Source: a virus. From it: a DNA stretch of 64,000 nt. Shown here one piece after another: positions 41,277-51,494 of the stretch. The DNA is taken from positions 1 through 64,000 of IMG/VR virus record IMGVR_UViG_3300018018_000001; one strand, written 5' to 3'. Every line of letters begins with the position of its first letter. The first letter of the stretch is position 1. The notes below the pieces were generated by a model that was not told the origin of the DNA, ran no database searches, and saw nothing but the letters and a program-made list of their open reading frames with translations. Made by a program: the position numbers and the translations under genes.

Positions 41277-41381
41277 TAAAAGGAGGTAGAGGGACAAACC
41301 CTCCATTTAAAGGGGCTTGGCTGTTAGATCCCAGAATACGTGGGCGGTAAGACCAATGACCCCGGTTGCAAAGGATAAAAA

Positions 41382-42023
41382 ATGATTGGCAATGAAATTA
41401 TATCCCCTCCCCCCCAGCCTGAGAGATGGGATCAAATAGAGCTTGGGGTTAAATATACATCCAAACCCTCTCCTGAGCCTACAGGTTTGGTCTTATTTGA
41501 TGGAACACATATTGATCAGCCTATGGGGATAGATTCTGGAAAATCTGGTGATGATAGTGGTATTTTAGACGTAGATACTATTCCAGGATATGAAGTTACT
41601 ATGGAGAATTATCCAGAGAAGATGCCTGTGGGTGTTTTCAAGATGGAAGCTGGATTAATGTCTCAAGCTGGATATATCTATGAGCAAATGCAAAAAACCA
41701 GAAAGACTTCATCCAAATTAGATGAATATCTTTTGGATAATACCAAGATTGGGGATCTTACTTCATTAGAGCGGATAGAGCTTTATAAAACAGTTACGAA
41801 AAATTTGGAAATAGGATCAAATTATCTTTTAGAATTGCATAATACTCTGCAGAAAACCCATGATAACCTGAACTCTGTAGAGAAAATGAAATCTTATACT
41901 CTTAAGGAACCAACGTCATTTGAGGATAAAGCGGCTAAGCGTGATATTGAGGCTGCTATTCTGGAAGAAATAAAATGGGTTGTTAAGGAAAAACAAAAAC
42001 AAATAGTAAATAATAGGAGGTAG
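41382..42023 (+). CDS. Hypothetical protein (small-terminase candidate by position only)
   Basis: Helical C-terminal half; lies about 1.3 kb upstream of terL; no motif recognised. Confidence 0.35.
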   Translation: MIGNEIISPPPQPERWDQIELGVKYTSKPSPEPTGLVLFDGTHIDQPMGIDSGKSGDDSGILDVDTIPGYEVTMENYPEKMPVGVFKMEAGLMSQAGYIYEQMQKTRKTSSKLDEYLLDNTKIGDLTSLERIELYKTVTKNLEIGSNYLLELHNTLQKTHDNLNSVEKMKSYTLKEPTSFEDKAAKRDIEAAILEEIKWVVKEKQKQIVNNRR

Positions 42024-42027
42024 TAAA

Positions 42028-42747
42028 ATGAAGCAAGTTACCAAGTTGATGGAAATTCTGAACAAGATTAAAGAGCAGGATGACGCAGTAGGGGCTTTAG
42101 GATCTGAGCCTACTATTACAGATACCCCTCCACCTCCCCCTGATGGTGGTATGGAACTTCCTGCCGCAGATCCTAATGTCCTTAATTACGATAATGAATT
42201 CTTTTCTCAGTTAAAGACTGGGGATATTTTCAATGATAAGGACATTCCTGAAATTACTTACAAGGTTACGGGTGATCCAGTGATTGATCCCGAAACTCAG
42301 GCTGTTACCGCTCTTCCTTGTGAAGTAGAGGAAGCCCCTGAAGGAAACGAAAAGAACGTATCCAAGGGGGATCAATTTGATGCCATTACCGCCATGCCCA
42401 AGCTTCCTGAACCTCCTCCTGAGGATGGTGCTGCTGGAGATTTGGAAACCCCTCCGATTGATGGTGGGGATATGTCTCATGAAAATCCTTCAATGGAAAC
42501 TCCTCTTCCTGGTGGAGAATCCTTTAGCCGTGGCCAGAGGCTTTTAAAGAGATTCGGCAAATTGGCCGAAGCTGAGATTTCCAGGGGTATTGTTCAGGAA
42601 ATTAGGGCTGATGGTATGGTGGCTGTTCGTCAGGGTCATGGTGCCCTTCTTGTCCTTCCAATGGCTGCTGGAGTCAAGGCTGGTGATGAGGTAGAGGTTG
42701 AAGACAAAAAGAAAATCATTGGTAAGGTAGCTTCTAAAAAGCAATAA
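42028..42747 (+). CDS. Leader-bearing acidic, Pro-rich protein
   Basis: MKQVTKLMEILNKIKE; internal SRGQRLLKRFGKLAE. Confidence 0.65.
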   Translation: MKQVTKLMEILNKIKEQDDAVGALGSEPTITDTPPPPPDGGMELPAADPNVLNYDNEFFSQLKTGDIFNDKDIPEITYKVTGDPVIDPETQAVTALPCEVEEAPEGNEKNVSKGDQFDAITAMPKLPEPPPEDGAAGDLETPPIDGGDMSHENPSMETPLPGGESFSRGQRLLKRFGKLAEAEISRGIVQEIRADGMVAVRQGHGALLVLPMAAGVKAGDEVEVEDKKKIIGKVASKKQ

Positions 42748-42895
42748 TTGTGAAGTAAATGTCGGCAGATCGAGCTAACTGCCAACATTTATTAAGACTC
42801 ATGTACCAAGAGTATAAAGAGATCGGGGTCCCTCTTAGGAGGGACGTTGCATTTGTTAATATTTGCCGGTATTTTGTCTCAAACAGGGGAGGTTT

Positions 42896-43366
42896 ATGAA
42901 GAAGGTATGCTCAAGGTGTAAACAAGAAAAGGATTTGACAGAATTTTATAAAAGTAAAAAAGGAAAATATGGCTATTATTCCTATTGTAAATTGTGTGAG
43001 AGGAAAAGAAGAAGAAGTGAAGAAAGAACAGAAGAATATTATGAATATCATAGAAGTCATAGTGAAAAATATCGTTTAAAACATTCAAAAGAAGCTGTTG
43101 AAAGGACAAAATTATATCAAAAGAAATGTTTCCAACAATGGATGAATCTAATTATAATTCCACAAGGTTTGAATAAATGTTCAAAATGTGGTTATGATAA
43201 ATGTTTTCATGCCATTGATTTTCACCATAGAGATCCGAAAGAAAAGAAATTTAATATAGGTAGCATGTTAAGAACAAAAATTACCCCGGAAAATCTTGAA
43301 GAATTAGCTAAATGTGATCCTCTTTGTGCAAATTGCCATAGAGAAAAGGAAGCAGGTCTTTGGTAG
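42896..43366 (+). CDS. HNH-like endonuclease
   Basis: CSRCKQEKDLTEFYK N-terminus; CSKCG...DFHHRDP...CDPLCANCHR. Confidence 0.8.
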   Translation: MKKVCSRCKQEKDLTEFYKSKKGKYGYYSYCKLCERKRRRSEERTEEYYEYHRSHSEKYRLKHSKEAVERTKLYQKKCFQQWMNLIIIPQGLNKCSKCGYDKCFHAIDFHHRDPKEKKFNIGSMLRTKITPENLEELAKCDPLCANCHREKEAGLW

Positions 43367-45259
43367 ATGAATCCGATATTGCAGGATTATAAAGATTCCC
43401 TGGCTGAAGCCAGAAAATCAATCATTAATTCTACGCCAGAGAATTATGCCGCAAATTTGGAAGAGTATTCTGCTAAGCTTAATGATTGGTATAGCTCTGT
43501 AGTAAAATTTGATCCTCTTCCAGTGGATATTGAATCTTTCTTAGATGAACGATCATATTTGGGTAAATACTTTGGTGGGGAACTTTTATCAGATGAAAAA
43601 AACTATTGGAGACTTGCCTTAAAAGACATTTTTCCTTCTATTAATTATAGCCCTTATTGGCTTGTATGCCTCAAAGGGGCTATTGGGGTAGGAAAAACCA
43701 CTACTGCTTCTGTCGGTGCTCTCTATGACCTCCAATGGCTTTTATGTAATCCTGATCCTCAAGGGTTTCTTGGTAGCTTGCCCGCTGCCCGTATCGAATT
43801 TGCCATATTCAATATCACCCTATCCGCTACAGACGTTATTTGGGATAAGATTGCATCCATGATGGCTGAATCTGATTATTTTACAGGATTAATGGGTAAG
43901 GCCAAAAAGAGATTCAAGACTGACACCCTATTTCCTAAGCGAATTGACTTCTTCTCAGGTTCCCGAATTGGACACTCACTTGGTAGAGATGTTTATGAGG
44001 TTATCATTGATGAAGCCAATTTTGAGGTTATAACTGGACAAGTCAGGAAAACCTTCTATTCTCTATTCCGCAGAATGGAAACCCGGTTCATGAGAAAAGA
44101 GGGTGGTTTTCCAGGACGAATTTGGATTATTTCTTCTGAGACTGATAAATCCTCTGTGCTCAATAGCCTAATTGAAGAGTATAGGGGCCAAGAAGGTGTG
44201 TTTATTAGGCAACCGGCTGTTTGGGATGTTAAACCCGAAAAATATGCAGGAGATAAGCGATTCAAAGTTTTTACGGGATCTATTTTAAAACCCAATCCTG
44301 TCATTGTTGATCAAACCAATGAATCTCTTTTTAAGGAAGAGCAAGAATTAATAATTGAGGTTCCAGAAAAACACAAGCATGATTTTGAAACAGATGTCAA
44401 TGGTGCTTTAAGAGATTTAGCCGGGGTTTCTACATTCTCCCGTTATAAACTCTTTAAGCAGCGGGATAAACTTGATAATGCACTGTGTATGGAACTACTC
44501 TTTCCTGATAATTTTGAGCTTGATTTCAATGATGACAATGACCAAATCATGAATAAAACATTGATCCCTGACTACTTTGAAAAAGTTTATCTCCCTTCAT
44601 TTCCAAGATACTTGCATATTGACATTGGGTTGACTGGGGATAGGTTGGGTTTCGGATGTACTTATATCTCTCAGTATAAGGAGATTAGAACCCGAAATAT
44701 CCTAACATTTGATGAAGTTACTGTTAATATTCCCGAAATAGTTGCTGAGTTTGCTTTTGCAATTCAGTCCAAAACAGGGCAGCAGATTCCTTTATTTAAG
44801 GTTAGGGCTTTCATTCTTTGGTTGGCCAAACGTGGTTATTCTTTCGGTTGCATTACAGCGGATGGGTATGAATCTGCCGACTGCCTTCAGATGCTTAAAC
44901 GGGTAGGATTTAACACAGAGGAAATTTCTGTGGATAAAACTTCCGCCCCTTATTTGAAATTGAGAGCGCAAGTTTCTGAGGAACATATCTTTATGCCAGA
45001 TAGTAAGTTACTCAGAGCAGAATTGGAAGACCTGGAGGTTTCTCCAGATGGTAAAAAAGTAGACCATCCAGAAGGTAAAAGACCTGATGGTTCCCCTTAT
45101 TCCAAAGATATGGCCGATGGAATTTGTGGAAGTGTTTTCAATCTTTTCAAAAATAGTGACAAAAATAGAATGGCTTATTTTAACCCCTCTACTACCCCTT
45201 CTGAAATTTCAAAAATAATGGAAACATTTTGGCCAGGTGAGAAGGGTATTAATGTCTAA
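43367..45259 (+). CDS. terL: Terminase large subunit
   Basis: Walker A GAIGVGKTT, Walker B VIIDEA, coupling motif ISSE, nuclease HIDIG...D and KDMADG. Confidence 0.92.
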   Translation: MNPILQDYKDSLAEARKSIINSTPENYAANLEEYSAKLNDWYSSVVKFDPLPVDIESFLDERSYLGKYFGGELLSDEKNYWRLALKDIFPSINYSPYWLVCLKGAIGVGKTTTASVGALYDLQWLLCNPDPQGFLGSLPAARIEFAIFNITLSATDVIWDKIASMMAESDYFTGLMGKAKKRFKTDTLFPKRIDFFSGSRIGHSLGRDVYEVIIDEANFEVITGQVRKTFYSLFRRMETRFMRKEGGFPGRIWIISSETDKSSVLNSLIEEYRGQEGVFIRQPAVWDVKPEKYAGDKRFKVFTGSILKPNPVIVDQTNESLFKEEQELIIEVPEKHKHDFETDVNGALRDLAGVSTFSRYKLFKQRDKLDNALCMELLFPDNFELDFNDDNDQIMNKTLIPDYFEKVYLPSFPRYLHIDIGLTGDRLGFGCTYISQYKEIRTRNILTFDEVTVNIPEIVAEFAFAIQSKTGQQIPLFKVRAFILWLAKRGYSFGCITADGYESADCLQMLKRVGFNTEEISVDKTSAPYLKLRAQVSEEHIFMPDSKLLRAELEDLEVSPDGKKVDHPEGKRPDGSPYSKDMADGICGSVFNLFKNSDKNRMAYFNPSTTPSEISKIMETFWPGEKGINV

Positions 45260-45270
45260 GGAGATTTGAA

Positions 45271-45726
45271 ATGAAAGCTAAAGAATTTTTAAGCTTGAAT
45301 GAGGAAATAGAAAATAAAGTAAACCTTTGGGAATGGGTTTGTCCTAAGTGTGGAAAAAAGGATTTACCTAATGAAAGTAGGGAGTGTGAGTGCGGATATA
45401 AAATGCCCGAAGAGCTTAATGACAAGATAAGAAAAACTTGGGAAAATGTTTATGACAAGATTTTTTCTAAAATAAAAGGCAAACTAATGGAAGGAGATCT
45501 TCAAGGAACCAATACTCTTTATTTTACTAATAAACTTAGGGAATTGGGGATTATTAATCGTCTTAATTCAGGGAGGTTTGTGGAAGTCCTAAAAATACCT
45601 AAGGAGTTTATTATTTCCGCCTTTATGGAAGGAAAAGAAGGCATGAAACGTCTTAGAAAGATGGCTTGGAGAAGAAAGCATAAGGGAGAGATGATGAGTA
45701 CAATAAGGCCGTATCAAAAATTTTAA
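45271..45726 (+). CDS. Leader-bearing Zn-ribbon protein
   Basis: MKAKEFLSLNEE; WVCPKCG...CECG. Confidence 0.7.
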   Translation: MKAKEFLSLNEEIENKVNLWEWVCPKCGKKDLPNESRECECGYKMPEELNDKIRKTWENVYDKIFSKIKGKLMEGDLQGTNTLYFTNKLRELGIINRLNSGRFVEVLKIPKEFIISAFMEGKEGMKRLRKMAWRRKHKGEMMSTIRPYQKF

Positions 45727-45742
45727 ATAAAAGAGAGAAAAT

Positions 45743-46399
45743 ATGTTTTGTGAATATAAATGCGGGCAGGAAGCAAAGTATCAGTTAAAAAATAAAAAGT
45801 GGTGTTGTTCTAAATCCCATGTCTCTTGTCCTGAAATTAGGGGGAAAATTAGTAAATCTATGGAGGGTGAAAATGGTCCTTGGTTTGGTAAGAAAAGAAT
45901 TGATCATTCTGTTAGAATGACAGGAAAAAATAATCCAATGTTTGAAGTAAAAAGACCTGATTTTTCAGCTTATATGAAAGGTAGAATAGGTGATAAGCAT
46001 CCTATGTCTGGAAGAAAAAATCCTAATGTTTCAGAGGCAAATAGAAAAAGAAAAGGTGAAAAACATCCTTATACTTCTGAAATGAATAAACAAAGAACTG
46101 GTGAAAAACATCCTAACTGGAATGGAGGTTCCTCTTTTGAGCCATATAGTTTAGAATGGACCAATGAATTAAAAAATAAAATTAGAGAAAGAGATGATTA
46201 CACTTGTCAACTATGTAAAGAATATGGAAATACTGTTCACCATATTGATTATAATAAAAAACATTGTGATTTTAGTAATTTAATTAATTTATGTAGAAGT
46301 TGCAATGTTAAAGTAAATAAGAATAGAGAATTATGGGAACCAGCATTCCAATTTTATATGACAAAATTATTTGGGCAAGAAATTAATCCTTGTATATAA
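45743..46399 (+). CDS. HNH homing endonuclease, family A
   Basis: CEYKCG..KWCC module; RERDDYTCQLC...VHHIDYNKK...LCRSCNVKVN. Confidence 0.82.
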   Translation: MFCEYKCGQEAKYQLKNKKWCCSKSHVSCPEIRGKISKSMEGENGPWFGKKRIDHSVRMTGKNNPMFEVKRPDFSAYMKGRIGDKHPMSGRKNPNVSEANRKRKGEKHPYTSEMNKQRTGEKHPNWNGGSSFEPYSLEWTNELKNKIRERDDYTCQLCKEYGNTVHHIDYNKKHCDFSNLINLCRSCNVKVNKNRELWEPAFQFYMTKLFGQEINPCI

Positions 46400-46427
46400 A
46401 AATTAAAGGATTTAGGGGGGGAATATA

Positions 46428-48161
46428 ATGGCTAAAAAGCAAAGTTCACAAGTTTTAGTACCTAAAGAGGAATTAAATAATCTTATAGAGAAAGCCCAAA
46501 TTTTGGAGAATTTGGGAGATATTAATGAAATGACTAACAAAGTGCGAATTGTTGATGATCTAATGGCCGAAAAGATTGTTGAAGCCGATAAGTGGAAACA
46601 AAGGTTAGCCGAAATTAAGAGTACCATGCCAGGTACAGATTACATGGTAACTGCTGCTCTATCAGCTATTTATACTAGAGTTACCATGCTTCGTAAGGAG
46701 ATAATCCAGCAAATTGATAGGATTAGAAGTTTTTATATTACGGATGTTTTGTTAACCCAATTTGCTGATGACGCTCTTACCCCTGATGTAGCTACAGGGG
46801 ATGTTATTGACGTTCATTCTGAAAATGAAGCTCTTGATTGGGAACTAACCGCTTTGGATGAAAGAATCAAGTTTGATTCATTGGTCAATGACATTATTGA
46901 GGATCTTTTGGGCTATGGAGAATATACTCTTAAGACCGAATTAGCGGAAGAAGGCCATGGATTGAAAGCTTTGGTTGACGATGTGGACCAAACTTCGGTT
47001 ATCGCCATTACTGAGATGGGAGAAATTTCCAATTACTTGGTTATGGATGAAAAAGGAACCAAAGCCGAAATAGTAGAACCTCATGAATATGTAAAATTCA
47101 TGTTAGGGAATAGGAGACTTAGAATTGACCTAAAAAATGAAATGGCAATGGTCAGGGATAAGAAACTTCTCAAGGATATTCCCCGTTATGTCAGAATAGG
47201 GAAGTCTATGCTATTTCCTATCATTTCCAAGATTAAAGAACTAGAGTTACTTGAGCAATTAGTACCCGCTTCCAAGTTAGCCCAATTGACTGCTAATACT
47301 TTATTGGGGATTCAAGTTCCTGCAGGAATGGTATTAGAAGAAGCTTTCCAAGCTGCCCGAAATGTTGAGAATCAGGTTAACAGAAAGGTGGGAATTGATT
47401 TTGGAAATAAAGAATTGACTATCCAGCATATCATGACTATAGCTGGTAGAATCAAGTGTATCCCCGTATTTGGAGAAGGCAAAGGGGATCTCAAAAGAAT
47501 AGACTATCGGGCTGATGAGCCTAAAGAACTAAGTGAAACTGCTGAGGATGCCCGGAAGGTTATTTGCTCTTCTGTGGGTATTCCTTATGAGTTGATATTT
47601 GGGGAAATAGGCCAAGGAAAGAAAGTGGATTTGCTCAAGCGGTTTGCCCGATATCTCCGAAGATTAAAGATGATTCAAAAAGCTGTGGTTATGGGTATTC
47701 TGCAGATTTGTAATATTCATTTAGTCAATAAGAAAATATCCTACCGTCCTGAGGATATTAAAGTTGACTTCCTGAATACCATGATCAATATTGATGAGTT
47801 GGATAAACTGGAATTTATTGATGCCACTGTGGGCATGTTAAAGAATATTGATGAATTCATGAGGGGTCTTACAGATGATATTAGTAGTAAACACGTTATA
47901 GAAAAGAAATATTTCGAGTTTCTAGGAGATCAATTAAATATTGCCGGAATGGGGGAGGTTATTACTGATGAGATAGAAGAGAGAGAACCAGGAAAAGATA
48001 TTTCTACAGAAGAAGTTCCTGTTGGCAATGCCGAACCTTTTGAACCCACTTTTACTCCACCAGCGGGGGCAACACCTGGAGGGCCTAGTATACCAACTGT
48101 TCCTGAAACTCCTTCTACTGAAACTCCACCTCCAGAAGGAGAACCAACACCAGCAGCTTAA
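46428..48161 (+). CDS. Portal protein (T4 gp20-like)
   Basis: 577 aa, located between terL and the protease/MCP genes; FADDALTPD motif; helical body; Pro/Glu-rich tail. Confidence 0.75.
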   Translation: MAKKQSSQVLVPKEELNNLIEKAQILENLGDINEMTNKVRIVDDLMAEKIVEADKWKQRLAEIKSTMPGTDYMVTAALSAIYTRVTMLRKEIIQQIDRIRSFYITDVLLTQFADDALTPDVATGDVIDVHSENEALDWELTALDERIKFDSLVNDIIEDLLGYGEYTLKTELAEEGHGLKALVDDVDQTSVIAITEMGEISNYLVMDEKGTKAEIVEPHEYVKFMLGNRRLRIDLKNEMAMVRDKKLLKDIPRYVRIGKSMLFPIISKIKELELLEQLVPASKLAQLTANTLLGIQVPAGMVLEEAFQAARNVENQVNRKVGIDFGNKELTIQHIMTIAGRIKCIPVFGEGKGDLKRIDYRADEPKELSETAEDARKVICSSVGIPYELIFGEIGQGKKVDLLKRFARYLRRLKMIQKAVVMGILQICNIHLVNKKISYRPEDIKVDFLNTMINIDELDKLEFIDATVGMLKNIDEFMRGLTDDISSKHVIEKKYFEFLGDQLNIAGMGEVITDEIEEREPGKDISTEEVPVGNAEPFEPTFTPPAGATPGGPSIPTVPETPSTETPPPEGEPTPAA

Positions 48162-48994
48162 TGAAGAAAGGGATAAAAATGGGGAGAAGACTAATTGATT
48201 TAACTGGAGAAAGATTTGGTAAATGGGTTGTACTTAAAAAATCTTTAAATAAAGGAACTGTTCCTTTTTGGTTATGTAAGTGCGATTGTGGAAATGAAGT
48301 AGAAGTTAGAGGTCAAAGTTTAAGGAATGGGAAAAGTAAACAATGTAAGCACTGTATTAATATAAAGGATTTGACTGGAGAAAGATTTGGCAAGTTAACA
48401 GTTATTTGTAAAGGTAGTAAGAAATTTAAAAATCAAGGTATTTATTGGTTGTGTAAGTGTGATTGTGGTATTGAAAAAGAAATTAGGGGTAGTAGTTTAA
48501 TTAGGGGGGATTACAAAAGTTGTGGTTGTTATAATATAGAAAGTAGAGCAGAAAGAAATAAAATAGAATATGGTCTTGCATCTAAAAGAAAAGTTTATAG
48601 ATCCTATAAACATGAAGCAGAAGAAAGAGGATTACTATTTGAATTATCTTTTAGTCAATTTATTGATTTAACCAGTAAAAATTGCCATTATTGTAACTCA
48701 GAACCCTCTAATAAATGTTCCCAGGATGGCAACAATGGTGATTTTATCTATAATGGTATTGATAGAAAAGATAATACAAAAGGATATACTATTGAAAATT
48801 GTGTGTCTTGTTGTAAAATATGTAATAGAGCAAAAGCTGATATGACTTATGAAGATTTTATTAAATGGATTAATAAAGTTTATAACAATATAAGAGATAA
48901 GGAGTCAACAAATGAAAGCAACAGAATTTCTTCACGAACAAGAGGATGTACTTCAGACTATGGCTTCCGAACCGATTCCACTGGAAACTGCTAA
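48161..48994 (+). CDS. HNH homing endonuclease, family C
   Basis: Two DLTGERFG..WLCKCDCG modules; NGIDRKDNTKGYTIENCVSCCKICN; paralog of 38123. Confidence 0.85.
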   Translation: MKKGIKMGRRLIDLTGERFGKWVVLKKSLNKGTVPFWLCKCDCGNEVEVRGQSLRNGKSKQCKHCINIKDLTGERFGKLTVICKGSKKFKNQGIYWLCKCDCGIEKEIRGSSLIRGDYKSCGCYNIESRAERNKIEYGLASKRKVYRSYKHEAEERGLLFELSFSQFIDLTSKNCHYCNSEPSNKCSQDGNNGDFIYNGIDRKDNTKGYTIENCVSCCKICNRAKADMTYEDFIKWINKVYNNIRDKESTNESNRISSRTRGCTSDYGFRTDSTGNC

Positions 48995-50357
48995 AAGTGA
49001 GTTTGAAAAAAAAGTAGCAGAATTTGAATATTCAGGAATTTCTGTTAATGATGTAAAGATAGGTTCAGAGGGCACCACTTTAACTTTACAACAAGGCAAT
49101 ATAACTTCAATGATTACCTTTGTATGGGGTGCTGAAGAAGATATTGGTCCTTTTGTTACTATTAAACCACAACAGGGTGAGGCTGTTAATCTTGATTTGA
49201 CTCCTCTTTCTCCACCTGTGGTAGATACAAAAGGAACAGGAAGACAAATTGATGTAAGTAATCTTAGTTGGCTTAATAAAGAAGCATTTGCAGGAATTAT
49301 ATCAGCGGCAGGTATGAAAGAAACTCCACCAGAACAAGAACCTGAGACCCAACCCGGGGAAGGCTCTGGTGCTCCTCAGCAGCAAGCTCAATCCCCTGCG
49401 GTTGAATTGGATGCTAAGACTGTTCCTGCTCCTAAGCCCCAAGGCCAGCCTGGTGAGGCCCTTATTGAAAGGGCAATAGCTTTGGGGTTGATGCCCAAAT
49501 CCGTATCTTCTGATTGGTTAAAAGAGGAAGATTCTTATACTGTAACCGTGCAAAAGGGAAAAGACAGTTTTAACTTGGTTGTAGGTGGGACTTCTCCTGA
49601 AGATGCCAAGAAGAAAGCTAAGGAACTGACTAAGGCTGATAAGGTTATGAATGTCAGTAAACAAGCTAAGAAGGAAATGGAATCTGTTGACCAAAAGGTT
49701 GATACCCAGATGAAATGTAAGACTTGTGGCTATATTGGTGCTGAGCCAAGTTTTCATAGGGATGAAATTAAGGGTTATGAGTACACTTGCCCCAAATGTG
49801 ATAGTCATGACGTTATGGATGCTCCTTCAGAGGTTAATCATAGCCGAATGAGAGTCAAACCTTCGGGTGTGGAAGAACATTGTGACACTAAACAGGAATG
49901 TGCAGATTGTGGCTATATAGGAAGTGAGTGTGAATTTGCACAAGGAACTATTCTTGGAGAACCTTCTGAAGAGCCCGAATGTCCTAAATGTGGTAGTTCA
50001 AATATTGAAGATATACAGGAGGAGAGTATGGAAAACAAGAATATCAGCCTTTTCAGATTTATTATCAGGGAAGGCAAGAGAATCAAGATTCCCCTTGGAG
50101 AGGCCAAGAAAAAGGGTAAAGAGCCCAATAAGGTGGTTACACAAAAACCCCTTACTTTCAAATGGGATAAGAAAGTGAAAGAAGGCATGGGTGAGGGAGA
50201 ATTTTCCAAGAAATTCTTTATCACAATGGCCAATGCCATAAAGAGATTCCCTGAGCAGATTTCCAAGGAACAACTTATCAGCACTATGATTATGGTTTTC
50301 CAACAGGAGAATCCACGTTTTGATGCTGATAGGTTTAGAGCCTTTATCGAAAAGTAA
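48912..50357 (+). CDS. Leader-bearing multidomain protein with two Zn ribbons
   Basis: MKATEFLHEQE; CKTCG..CPKCDS and CADCG..CPKCGS; C-terminal ENPRFDADRF. Confidence 0.7.
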   Translation: MKATEFLHEQEDVLQTMASEPIPLETAKSEFEKKVAEFEYSGISVNDVKIGSEGTTLTLQQGNITSMITFVWGAEEDIGPFVTIKPQQGEAVNLDLTPLSPPVVDTKGTGRQIDVSNLSWLNKEAFAGIISAAGMKETPPEQEPETQPGEGSGAPQQQAQSPAVELDAKTVPAPKPQGQPGEALIERAIALGLMPKSVSSDWLKEEDSYTVTVQKGKDSFNLVVGGTSPEDAKKKAKELTKADKVMNVSKQAKKEMESVDQKVDTQMKCKTCGYIGAEPSFHRDEIKGYEYTCPKCDSHDVMDAPSEVNHSRMRVKPSGVEEHCDTKQECADCGYIGSECEFAQGTILGEPSEEPECPKCGSSNIEDIQEESMENKNISLFRFIIREGKRIKIPLGEAKKKGKEPNKVVTQKPLTFKWDKKVKEGMGEGEFSKKFFITMANAIKRFPEQISKEQLISTMIMVFQQENPRFDADRFRAFIEK

Positions 50358-50445
50358 ACAATGGTGGGGTAGCTAAATTCTACATATTGTCTTTGCTGTA
50401 GCCACCCCTACAGCCTAGCTACTCCTCCTGATTTTTGGGGGAAAA

Positions 50446-51201
50446 ATGAAATTTTCTAGCAAATTAGACTTAGAATTATTTCTGACAGAGATTGATAGGC
50501 TTGATCTTCTTGGGGAGGTAGATGAAAGCTTTGTCCCTACTCCTGAAATGGAAGAGTCTTTTATTAAGCGCAGGAAACCTCTTTCTGGTGCTTTAAAAGA
50601 TTTCCGAAAGTCCCAGGATACTAAGGGAGAGTGGAGGACAAGTAGACATGGAATTATGAGAGGAATAAATAAATTCCATAAATCCACTGAAGGAAAAAGA
50701 TTCCATCGAAACTTGGGTAGATTCCTTTCTTCTCGATATTTTCATCCCAGGATTAAAGGTCTTGTAAAAGATGACCAGGAGGATAGTAGCAAATCCGCAA
50801 GGGCAGAGGAAAGTTTGAGTAAATTTGATTTAGCTGAAGCTTTGAAGGCCATAACCAGTATTAGGACTCACTGTTTTATTGAATTGGAATATTTCCATCC
50901 ATTACAGGAAGAATTAGATTATGAAGATTTCCTGGAAGAGATTCTCCCTGAGTTAATATCTATTGAGAAAAAGCTTTGGGCGAATGAAAAGCTTAATGGC
51001 TATGACTTAAAGATTTTGCTCCAGTTGGTGGACAAGAAAGAATTGGCAAATGCTATAGCCGGTGATACAGGGTTGGAATCTAAGCGGATAGAAGAAGCTT
51101 GGAATGAGTTTGAAAAGAAAGCCGAAATTGATGAGAACGTCATTAATTTCATTGGGGAGAAATTCTGTGAAAAAGCTACGCAAAAGGTAGGCAAAAGGTA
51201 G
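50446..51201 (+). CDS. Hypothetical head-associated protein (possible prohead core component)
   Basis: Basic helix RKSQ..K..WR..IMRGINKFHKS and location in the head module; family not recognised with certainty. Confidence 0.4.
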   Translation: MKFSSKLDLELFLTEIDRLDLLGEVDESFVPTPEMEESFIKRRKPLSGALKDFRKSQDTKGEWRTSRHGIMRGINKFHKSTEGKRFHRNLGRFLSSRYFHPRIKGLVKDDQEDSSKSARAEESLSKFDLAEALKAITSIRTHCFIELEYFHPLQEELDYEDFLEEILPELISIEKKLWANEKLNGYDLKILLQLVDKKELANAIAGDTGLESKRIEEAWNEFEKKAEIDENVINFIGEKFCEKATQKVGKR

Positions 51202-51203
51202 GC

Positions 51204-51494
51204 ATGAATAAAGCGCAAAAAATTCTTAAAGAATTTGCAGAAAGTCCCTTTCACGCTAACGTGGGGGAGGATGATTTTGTAAAGGAACTTATTAGAACAT
51301 CATTGGCTTCAGAGCTTGATGCTATTTCTCTTTATGAACAAGTATTAGCCCAAACTGACAATGAAGAAATGATAAAAGTTTTTGAACATGTTTTAAGTGA
51401 AGAAAAAGATCACTTAGAATTGTTTAATAGTTTACTCAAAAAATTTGACAAAGAACAAGCGAATAAAGAAGGTTACTCAGTGGAGGAAACATGA
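51204..51494 (+). CDS. Short ferritin-like (two-helix, EncFtn/rubrerythrin-type) protein with leader
   Basis: Di-iron ligands ELDAISLYE...EEKDH; N-terminus MNKAQKILKEFAE. Confidence 0.78.
   Translation: MNKAQKILKEFAESPFHANVGEDDFVKELIRTSLASELDAISLYEQVLAQTDNEEMIKVFEHVLSEEKDHLELFNSLLKKFDKEQANKEGYSVEET

Noticed and set aside
41277-41381. Possible ncRNA in the GC-richer gap before 41382
   Set aside because: Only a 5-bp hairpin (gaggg/ccctc) is evident, which is not enough to call a structured RNA.
10647-46595. Sigma-28 promoter -10 boxes (GCCGATAA at about 10649 and 46585)
   Set aside because: Both lie inside coding sequences and lack a TAAA -35 at the proper spacing.
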